This document shows positions 50,610-57,951 of a stretch of 64,000 nucleotides of DNA, piece after piece. Location of the stretch: assembly GCA_035459025.1 (NCBI GenBank), contig DATHYT010000034.1:9072-73071 (forward strand). Direction: 5' to 3'. A program made the translations under genes and the position numbers. The stretch is from Burkholderiales bacterium (GTDB lineage Bacteria > Pseudomonadota > Gammaproteobacteria > Burkholderiales > SG8-39). The notes beneath the pieces were generated by a model that was not told where the DNA came from, searched no databases, and saw nothing but the letters and a program-made list of their open reading frames with translations. Positions within the stretch are counted from its first letter, which is position 1, and every line of letters starts with the position of its first letter.

Positions 50610-50686
50610 GCGCCCGTAGCTCAGCGGATCAGAGTATTGGCCTCCGAAGCCAAGGGTCGTGGGTTCGAATCCCGCCGGGCGCGCCA
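50610..50686 (+). tRNA. tRNA-Arg (anticodon CCG)
   Basis: Hand-folded cloverleaf. Acceptor GCGCCCG/CGGGCGC, D-arm GCUC...GAGU, anticodon stem UUGGC/GCCAA with loop CU-CCG-AA, T-arm GUGGG-UUCGAAU-CCCGC, discriminator G, encoded CCA. 77 nt. Confidence 0.93.
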
Positions 50687-50697
50687 CACCCACGCCG

Positions 50698-51882
50698 ATG
50701 TTTGAGCTGAGCGACACCCAGAAGGCCCTGCAGCAAAGCGCGCGCGACCTGGCGAAAAGGAAGTTCGCGCCGCGCGCCGCCGAGATCGACCGCCGCGAAG
50801 AATACCCGTGGCACAACGTCGAGCTGCTGACGCAGGCCGGCTTCATGGGCATGACCATTCCCCAGGAGTACGGCGGCCAGGGGCTGGGCTACCTGGAGGC
50901 GGTGCTGGTGATCGAGGAAATGGCGCGGGTCTGCGGCGTCACGGGCCGCATCGTCGTCGAGGCCAACATGGGGGCCATCGGCGCCATCATGAAGTACGGC
51001 ACGCAGGCGCAAAAGACGCTGGCCGCGAAGCTGGTGCTGGCCGGGGACAAGCCGGCGATCTGCATCACCGAACCCGAGGCGGGCAGCGCGGCGACGCAGA
51101 TGAGCACACGGGCCGATCGCAAGGGCGGGCGCTACGTGCTGAACGGCCGCAAGCACTGGATCACCGGAGGCGGCGTCTCCAAGCTGCATCTGATCTTCGC
51201 GCGGGTGTTCGAGAACGGCGTGGAGCAGGGCATCGGCGGGTTCATTGCCGTGCGCGGCGAGGCCAGGGGCCTCGTCGTCGGCCGGCGCGAGCCGGCGATG
51301 GGCCTGCGCGGCATCCCGGAGTGCGAGATCCTGTTCGAGGACCTGGAGATACCGCTGGAGATGATGCTGGTGCCCCCCGAGGGAATCCGGCGTGGCTTCG
51401 CAGGACTGATGAACGCCTACAACGGCCAGCGCGTCGGCGCCGCCACGGTGGCGCTCGGCATCGCCGCCGGGGCCTACGAGCTGGCGCTCGAGTATGCGCA
51501 GACGCGCAAGCAGTTCGACCGACCGATCTGCGAGTTTCAGGGCCTGCAGTGGATTCTGGTCGACATGCACACGCAGCTGGCCGCCGCGCGTCTGCTGATC
51601 CACAAGGCCGCGGCGGGATCCGGCGACGGCTTTCCCGACATGACCGAGGCCGCCCAGGCCAAGGTGTTCGCCGCCGACATGGCGATCAAGGTCACCAACG
51701 ACGCCCTGCAGGTTTTCGGCGCGGCCGGCTATTCGCGCGAGCTGCCGCTCGAGCGCATGGTCCGGGATGCGCGCATGTTCACCATCGGCGGCGGCACGGC
51801 GCAGATCCTGCGCACCGTGATTGCCTCGCAGCTGCTCGGACGCAAGCTGCCGCAGACGCGCGACGGCTACAGGAATCTCTAG
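50698..51882 (+). CDS. acyl-CoA dehydrogenase-superfamily flavoprotein lacking both canonical catalytic Glu positions; probable 3-sulfinopropionyl-CoA desulfinase (Acd-like)
   Basis: ACAD fold (ITEPEAGSA, HWITGGG, ERMVRDARMF). The IYEGT position reads IGGGT (Gly365, 51790-92). The IVD/LCAD-type base position reads Gln244 (51427-29). Arg84 (50947-49) sits in VTGRIVVEAN. ATG 50698 lies 11 nt after the tRNA. Confidence 0.75.
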   Translation: MFELSDTQKALQQSARDLAKRKFAPRAAEIDRREEYPWHNVELLTQAGFMGMTIPQEYGGQGLGYLEAVLVIEEMARVCGVTGRIVVEANMGAIGAIMKYGTQAQKTLAAKLVLAGDKPAICITEPEAGSAATQMSTRADRKGGRYVLNGRKHWITGGGVSKLHLIFARVFENGVEQGIGGFIAVRGEARGLVVGRREPAMGLRGIPECEILFEDLEIPLEMMLVPPEGIRRGFAGLMNAYNGQRVGAATVALGIAAGAYELALEYAQTRKQFDRPICEFQGLQWILVDMHTQLAAARLLIHKAAAGSGDGFPDMTEAAQAKVFAADMAIKVTNDALQVFGAAGYSRELPLERMVRDARMFTIGGGTAQILRTVIASQLLGRKLPQTRDGYRNL

Positions 51883-53849
51883 CTTGAAGGCACGGTTGCC
51901 CGCGCGCCCAGCCACGTAATCGCGGCGCCGGCCGCGGCGAGCGCCAACCCGGCGAGCGAAAGCTGCAGGTGGCTCAGGCCCAGTTCGCCGCCGCCGGGCA
52001 TCGCCATGACCAGGCCGCCCGCGAGCATGAGCAGCCGCGCCGCCCAGCCGAGCGCGCTGCGCGCAACCGCGCCGATGCCCACCACGTAGCCTTCGAGCGC
52101 CGAGCCGATGAGCGCGATGCCGGCGATCGCCGTGCCGACCACGACGACGATCTCCCACGGCGTGCCGCGCAGGATGAGCGCCGGGTTGAGCACGAAGAAG
52201 AACGGCACGAAATACATCGCCGCGCCCAGGCGCACCGACTGCAGGCCGACCTGCATGGGCGGCGCCTTGGCGATGCCGGCGGCGACGAACGCGGCGAGCG
52301 CCACCGGCGGCGTGATGAACGACACCATGCCCCAGTACAGCATGAACAGGTGCACCGCCACCGGATCGAAGCCGGCGCCGACCAGCGGCGGCGCGAGCAC
52401 GATGGCGAGGAAGATGTAGCACGCGGTGATCGTCATGCCCATGCCGAAGATGAAGCTGGTGACTGCGCCCATCACCAGCAGCACGTAGATGTTGTTGCCG
52501 GCAAGGTAGACGAGGTCGTTGGCGAGCGTGCCGGCAAGGCCGGTGACCGAGAGCGCGCCGATGATGAGGCCCACGCCCGCGAGCAGCGCCGCGAGCTCGG
52601 AAAGCGCGCCGCCCACGCCTTCTAGCAGCGTGCGCAAACGCCTCCAGTCGAGCCGGTAGCGGCGCGAGAACTGGTTGATGACCAGGAGCAGCGCCGTGGC
52701 GTAGAACGGCGCGAGCGACTCTCGCTGCAGCACGAGCAACATGTAGACCAGCAGCGCGAACACGAACAGGTAGTGCCAGCCCTCGAGGAATGTCTGCCCG
52801 AGCGAGGGCAGCTCTGATCGCGGCAAGCCCTTCAAGCCGTTCTTCGCCGCGTAGCCGTCGATCTGCACGAACAGGGCGAAGTAGAAAAGCAGCGACGGCA
52901 CCAGCGCGGCGACGGCGATGGCGACGTAGGGCAGGCCGAGGAACGACGCCATGACGAAAGCGGTGGCGCCCATCACCGGCGGCATGAGCACGCCGCCCGT
53001 GGAGGCGCAGGCCTCGACCCCGCCCGCGTAGGCCGGCCGGAAGCCGATGCGCTTCATCGCCGGGATCGTGACCACGCCGGTGGTGAGCACGTTGGAAACC
53101 ACGCTCCCGGAGACCGAGCCCATCAGGCCGCTGGCGAAGATCGACACCTTGGCCGGGCCGCCGCGCACCGAGCCGAAGAGGGCGAATGCGAGGTTGTTGA
53201 AGAAATGCGCCGCGCCGGTGTATTGCAGCACCGCGCCGAACATGACGAAGCCGATGACGAGCTCGCCGAAGGCGCGCGTCGGGATGCCGAGCGCACTCTC
53301 GCTGGAGGCGAAGTGAAATGACGCGGTCGAGGCAAGATCGCGCGGCAGCCCGGCGATCGGCCCCGGCATGTGCCCGGCGAACACCGGATACAGAGAGATC
53401 AGCGCCACGACCACGAACACGGCGTTGCCGCCGGCGCGCCGCGTCGCCTCGAGCAGCATCACCCAGCCGACGTAGGCGATCCAAACCGCCTGCGCCGGCG
53501 CCTTGTACTCCCATCCTTCCTCGACGATGCGCTGCGCGTGCAGCGCGAAATACGCGAACACGGCGAACGAGGTCGCAAACAGCAGCACGTCGTACCAGGG
53601 CACGGCATTGCGCCGCGCGTGCTTGCCCGCCGGCACCAGCAGAAACACGCTGCCCACGAGCAGCGCGCATAGCCAGTACAGATACGCGGTGTCGAGAAGC
53701 GTTTTGCCGACGAAGAAGCCGAGGTTGAGCAGCTGGTTGAGCGCAAGGCCGATCGCGCCCGAGACGAGGACGATGAGGACGACGCGCCACAGCGGCGCGA
53801 GCGAACGATAGCGTGCCTCGATCGGCGCCGCCTCGGCGGCGTCGGCCAT
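51879..53849 (-). CDS. TRAP transporter fused (DctQ/DctM-type) permease, TAXI subfamily
   Basis: 656 aa with about 18 TM helices. ALISLYPVFAGHMPGP, SGSVVSNVLTTGVVTIPAMK. Sits directly downstream of the TAXI binding protein. Confidence 0.88.
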   Translation of the reverse strand: MADAAEAAPIEARYRSLAPLWRVVLIVLVSGAIGLALNQLLNLGFFVGKTLLDTAYLYWLCALLVGSVFLLVPAGKHARRNAVPWYDVLLFATSFAVFAYFALHAQRIVEEGWEYKAPAQAVWIAYVGWVMLLEATRRAGGNAVFVVVALISLYPVFAGHMPGPIAGLPRDLASTASFHFASSESALGIPTRAFGELVIGFVMFGAVLQYTGAAHFFNNLAFALFGSVRGGPAKVSIFASGLMGSVSGSVVSNVLTTGVVTIPAMKRIGFRPAYAGGVEACASTGGVLMPPVMGATAFVMASFLGLPYVAIAVAALVPSLLFYFALFVQIDGYAAKNGLKGLPRSELPSLGQTFLEGWHYLFVFALLVYMLLVLQRESLAPFYATALLLVINQFSRRYRLDWRRLRTLLEGVGGALSELAALLAGVGLIIGALSVTGLAGTLANDLVYLAGNNIYVLLVMGAVTSFIFGMGMTITACYIFLAIVLAPPLVGAGFDPVAVHLFMLYWGMVSFITPPVALAAFVAAGIAKAPPMQVGLQSVRLGAAMYFVPFFFVLNPALILRGTPWEIVVVVGTAIAGIALIGSALEGYVVGIGAVARSALGWAARLLMLAGGLVMAMPGGGELGLSHLQLSLAGLALAAAGAAITWLGARATVPSS

Positions 53850-53863
53850 GGCGCTTGCCTAAC

Positions 53864-55018
53864 TCACCAGCTCGTCTGCACCGGGTCGAAGCCGGCCTTG
53901 GTCAGCGCCGCGGCGCGCCGCTTCTGCCACGCTTCGACGAACGCCTTGTCGTCGGCGTACGAGCCCTTCTTCTGCTCGGCCCAGGCCGCCGTGAGCACCG
54001 TCTGGCGCTCGAGAAGCTTGTCGTTGTGCGCCTGCTCGGCGGCGCCCCACTTGCCCATTTCCTTCCAGAAGCGGATCGCGCCGTCGTGGAACGGGATCAC
54101 CCAGGCGAAGTTCTGCCGGTCGACCGCCCAGCCGGCGTTGCCCGGCGCGGCGCCCTTGTACATGTCGTAGGTCTCGACCATCGCCTTGGTCATGTTGTAG
54201 ACGAGATTCGCGTCCTGCGAGGCGTAGGTCATCAGGATCGGGTACGGATAGGTGGCCGATTCCGCGGGCTTGTCCTTCGACAGCTCCGCGCCCTCGGTGC
54301 CCATGAACGGGAAGAAGAACGGCGCCACCGCGTTCATGCGCGCCCAGCCTGCCTTGTCCTTGTGCGAAATGATCGGGTAGACGAGGCCGCGCGGCGACTT
54401 GGCGATCTGATAGGCCTTGCCCGAGATCGACGAGGTGAAGGCGGCGTCGACCTGGTTGTTGATGATGCCGTCCATCGCTGCACCGAAGCCGCCGAACTCG
54501 ACCTTGCGCACGTCGTCCCAGGTGAGGCCGGAGAAGGCGAGCATCGCGGTGATGTTCTGGTTGAGCGCCGGCGAGCCGATCACCCAGGCGACGCGCTTAC
54601 CCTTCAGGTCCGCGATGGTGCGCACGCCCGCATCGCCCGCAGCGACCACGGTCAGCACCTGGTCGGAGGTGTTCAGCATCAGTCCGCGCACCGGCTGCGG
54701 GCCCCAGCTCGGCGCGCCGAACTCGAACACGCCTTCCATGGCGAGGTAGGCTCCGCCCACTCCGTTGGCGGAGAATTGCACCTGACCCTCGCGAATCGGC
54801 AGGTTTCTCGACACGTCGTTCTTGCCCGGCAGCACCCTGAGGCTCACGTTGTACTTCTGCTTGAGCGCGTTGCCGATGGCGACGGCCTGGTTGTAGCCGC
54901 CCGAGCCGACGTCGTAGGCGCTCCAGGAAATCGTCGGCGGCAGCTTGACGTCGGCGTGCGCGGCGACGGAGAAAGCGAGCGTGGCGCCGAGCGCCGCGCG
55001 AAGCAAAGCGTGGGTCAT
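53864..55018 (-). CDS. TAXI-family TRAP transporter solute-binding protein
   Basis: GGAGGAGG SD upstream of ATG 55018. Signal peptide MTHALLRAALGATLAFSVAAHA. SGGYNQAVAIGNALKQ, LPGKNDVSRNLPIREGQVQFS. Confidence 0.85.
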   Translation of the reverse strand: MTHALLRAALGATLAFSVAAHADVKLPPTISWSAYDVGSGGYNQAVAIGNALKQKYNVSLRVLPGKNDVSRNLPIREGQVQFSANGVGGAYLAMEGVFEFGAPSWGPQPVRGLMLNTSDQVLTVVAAGDAGVRTIADLKGKRVAWVIGSPALNQNITAMLAFSGLTWDDVRKVEFGGFGAAMDGIINNQVDAAFTSSISGKAYQIAKSPRGLVYPIISHKDKAGWARMNAVAPFFFPFMGTEGAELSKDKPAESATYPYPILMTYASQDANLVYNMTKAMVETYDMYKGAAPGNAGWAVDRQNFAWVIPFHDGAIRFWKEMGKWGAAEQAHNDKLLERQTVLTAAWAEQKKGSYADDKAFVEAWQKRRAAALTKAGFDPVQTSW

Positions 55019-55077
55019 GATGCCGTCCTCCTCCAAGGTATGCCCACCGATGTTAACCGATTCCCCGGGGCGCTAGA

Positions 55078-55671
55078 ATGCTATCCCCGATGAGCCAGCC
55101 GATCAGCCGCTACCCCGTTCCCGAGCTCAAGAACCTGCCCGAAGACGTGCGCGCGCGCATCCTCGCGGTGCAGGAAAAATCAGGCTTCGTCCCCAATGTG
55201 TTCCTGGTGCTGGCGCACCGCCCCGAGGAGTTCCGGGCGTTCTTCGCCTATCACGACGCGCTGATGGAGAAGGAGGGTGGGCTCACCAAGGCGCAGCGCG
55301 AGATGATCGTGGTCGCGACTTCCGGGGCCAACCACTGCCAGTACTGCGTGGTGGCGCACGGCGCCATCCTGCGGATCCGGGCGAAGAATCCCCTGGTGGC
55401 CGACCAGGTGGCGATCAACTACCGCAAGGCCGATATCCCGCCGCGAGAAAAAGCGATGCTCGACTTCGCCATGAAGGTGGCGCTCGAGTCGCACGCGCTG
55501 GGCGACTCCGACCTCGAGGCGCTGCGCCGACACGGGTTCACCGACGAGGACGCTTGGGACATCGCCGCCATCGCCGCCTTCTTCGCGCTGTCCAACCGGA
55601 TGGCGGACTTCACCGCCATGCGGCCGAACGACGAGTTCTATCCGATGGGGCGGGTGCCGAAGGAGAAGTAG
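55078..55671 (+). CDS. AhpD-like / carboxymuconolactone-decarboxylase-family protein (peroxidase-related enzyme)
   Basis: CxxC motif SGANHCQYCVVAHG, with an FFALSNRMAD tail. Alternative start ATG 55090 if TAGAAT at 55074-79 is the -10. Confidence 0.8.
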   Translation: MLSPMSQPISRYPVPELKNLPEDVRARILAVQEKSGFVPNVFLVLAHRPEEFRAFFAYHDALMEKEGGLTKAQREMIVVATSGANHCQYCVVAHGAILRIRAKNPLVADQVAINYRKADIPPREKAMLDFAMKVALESHALGDSDLEALRRHGFTDEDAWDIAAIAAFFALSNRMADFTAMRPNDEFYPMGRVPKEK

Positions 55672-55675
55672 CCGC

Positions 55676-57541
55676 TCAGGCGGCCAGCACCGCGCCGCCG
55701 CGCGCTGCGGGCGCCTGCAGCCAGCGCGCCACGTCGGCGACACCCTGCCCGGTGGTGGCGGCGGTGCTGAACACGGGAACGGCCGGGCCTTTCTTCAGCG
55801 CGAGCATGCCGAGCAGATCGCGCGCCGTGCGCTCCGCGCCCGCGAGGTCGGCCTTGTTGACGACGAACGCGTCGGCGATCTCCAGGATGCCCGCTTTCAG
55901 CGCCTGCACGTCGTCGCCCAGGCCCGGCGGGCAGACCACCAGGCGGGTCGCCGCGATGCTCGCGATCTCGACCTCGGATTGCCCCGCGCCGACCGTTTCC
56001 ACCAGCACGTAATCGAAGCGCGCGGCGTCGAGCAGCGCGACCACGCTGCGCGTGGCGCCGCTCACGCCGCCAGCGTGCCCGCGCGAGGCGAGCGAGCGGA
56101 TGTAGACCTCCTCGTGTCCCTGCACGTCGCCCATGCGGATGCGATCGCCGAGCAGCGCGCCGCCCGACACCGGGCTCGAGGGGTCCACCGCCACCACCGC
56201 GACGCTCGCGCCGGCCGCGAGCAGTTCCTTTGTGAGCGCGGCGAGCAGCGTGGACTTGCCCGCGCCGGGCGGGCCGGTGATGCCGATCACCCGGGCGTGA
56301 CCGCGATGCGCGGCAAGCTGCCGGCCGAGCGCCGCGCCCTCGGCGCTGCCGTTCTCGATTTCGCTGATGGCGCGCGCGATTGCGCGGCGCTCGCGCGCCA
56401 GCACGCGGTCTGCGAGGCTCGAGCGCGCCTGCAGCAGCTCGGCGTTGTGCTCGCCGAGCTGCGGCGGGGGCGCATAGGCCTGCGCCATGCCGTCGACGCG
56501 GATCGGGTTGCCGACGGCGCGGATCGCTGCGCCCCCGGCGTCGATCGCGACCAGCATGTCGCGTTCCTTTGCGAGCTCGGAGCCGAGCGCCTGCTCCAAC
56601 GTCTGGACCGGGGCGGCCACGACGCCGAGCGGCGCCAGGCGCGCCATCCACGACGCGGTGCTGCCGCCCTTGAAAAGCGGCACCAGCGCGGCGAGCACGG
56701 CGTCGCGGTTCTCGCGCCGCGCCGCCATGGTGGCGAAGCGCGCGTCCTGCACCCAGTCGGCGCGGCCGACCTCGCCGCAGAAACGCCGCCAGAACTCGTC
56801 GTGCGAAATGAACACCACCAGCCAGCCGTCGCTCGTCTCGAACACCTGCGCCGGGACGATGTACGGGTGCGCCGAGCGCGCCATGCGCTGCGCGCGCTCG
56901 CCCGCGTTGAGCCACGCCCCTGCCAGGTAATTCAGCTGCGAGAGCATTACGTCGTGCATCGAGACGTCGATCTGGCCGCCGCGGCCTTCGACGATCTTCG
57001 ATAGCAGCCCGAGCGCGCCCATCATGCCGGCGGAGTTGTCGACCGCCGAGTAGCCGGTCTTCGCGGGCGCGCCGCCGGGCTCGCCGGTGATCGCCATGAC
57101 GCCCGTGAGCGCCTGGATGACGTAGTCGTAGGCCGGGCGGTCGGCGTGGCTGCCTTCCAGGCCGTAGCCGGTGAGCGCAACGCAAACCAGCTTCGGGTTC
57201 GCGTCTTTCAGCGCCTCGTAGGTCAGGCCGAGCTTCCTGATCGCCGCGGGCCGCAGGTTGGTGACCAGGGCGTGCGCGCGGGCGGCGAGGCCGCGCAGCG
57301 CGGCGCGGCCATCGTCGCGCGCCAGGTCGAGCGCGACGCTCTTCTTGCTGCGGTTGAGGCTCGCGAAATAGGCGTTATGCCCGCCCACCTGGTGCGGGCT
57401 GACGCGCCGGCCGATGTCGCCCTCGGGCGGCTCGATCTTGATCACTTCGGCGCCCAGGTCGGCGAGCAGCATGCCGCAGTAGGGACCGGCGAGCATGTGG
57501 CCGACCTCCAGTACGACGATCCCCGAGAGCGGGCCGCTCAT
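55676..57541 (-). CDS. fusion protein: class III (CaiB/Frc-type) CoA-transferase (about aa 1-372) + MeaB/ArgK-type mutase-associated GTPase (about aa 373-621)
   Basis: One uninterrupted 621-codon ORF. GIVVLEVGHMLAGPYCG, catalytic Asp in RPAYDYVIQALTG, PQLGEHNAELL, then RAIARAISEIENG, P-loop GITGPPGAGKST (56249-56275), DPSSPVSGGALLGDRIRM, VETVGAGQSE, NKADL. ATG overlaps the stop of the B12 subunit (ATGA). Confidence 0.85.
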   Translation of the reverse strand: MSGPLSGIVVLEVGHMLAGPYCGMLLADLGAEVIKIEPPEGDIGRRVSPHQVGGHNAYFASLNRSKKSVALDLARDDGRAALRGLAARAHALVTNLRPAAIRKLGLTYEALKDANPKLVCVALTGYGLEGSHADRPAYDYVIQALTGVMAITGEPGGAPAKTGYSAVDNSAGMMGALGLLSKIVEGRGGQIDVSMHDVMLSQLNYLAGAWLNAGERAQRMARSAHPYIVPAQVFETSDGWLVVFISHDEFWRRFCGEVGRADWVQDARFATMAARRENRDAVLAALVPLFKGGSTASWMARLAPLGVVAAPVQTLEQALGSELAKERDMLVAIDAGGAAIRAVGNPIRVDGMAQAYAPPPQLGEHNAELLQARSSLADRVLARERRAIARAISEIENGSAEGAALGRQLAAHRGHARVIGITGPPGAGKSTLLAALTKELLAAGASVAVVAVDPSSPVSGGALLGDRIRMGDVQGHEEVYIRSLASRGHAGGVSGATRSVVALLDAARFDYVLVETVGAGQSEVEIASIAATRLVVCPPGLGDDVQALKAGILEIADAFVVNKADLAGAERTARDLLGMLALKKGPAVPVFSTAATTGQGVADVARWLQAPAARGGAVLAA

Positions 57542-57951
57542 GCCAGCGCGCGCGCCAGCTCGTCGATCATCTGCGCGAGCGGCGCGTCGTTGGTGAACAC
57601 GCCCTTCACGCCTGCGGCGAGGAGCGCCTCGCGGTCCTGCGGCGGGATGGTGCCGCCGACGAATACCGGGATGTCGCCCGCGCCCGCGGCGCGCAGGCCC
57701 TCGAGCACCTCGCAGGACAGCGCCTGGTGGCTCCCCGAGAGGATGGAAAGGCCCACGGCGGCGACATCCTCGTCGAGCGCCACGCGCACGATGAAATCGG
57801 GCGACTTGCGCAGGCCCGTGTAGATCACCTCCGCCCCGGCGTCGCGCAGCGCGAGCGCGATCACCTTGGCGCCCGCGTCGTGCCCATCGAGGCCGGGCTT
57901 GGCGACGAGGATCCGCTTGCCCGCGAGGGGCCCTGCGGCGGGCGCGCTCAT
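57538..57951 (-). CDS. cobalamin-binding small subunit of a split acyl-CoA mutase
   Basis: 137 aa. DxHxxG motif in KPGLDGHDAGAKV, GLSILSGSH, VFVGGTIP. ATG 57951 overlaps the large-subunit stop (ATGA). The rest of the 764-aa track ORF is a shadow frame. Confidence 0.9.
   Translation of the reverse strand: MSAPAAGPLAGKRILVAKPGLDGHDAGAKVIALALRDAGAEVIYTGLRKSPDFIVRVALDEDVAAVGLSILSGSHQALSCEVLEGLRAAGAGDIPVFVGGTIPPQDREALLAAGVKGVFTNDAPLAQMIDELARALA

Noticed and set aside
50583-50858. 91-aa ORF on the minus strand across the tRNA region, and the upstream-extended ACAD ORF start at 50659.
   Set aside because: Both overlap the hand-folded tRNA-Arg(CCG). The conserved ACAD N-terminus begins at ATG 50698.
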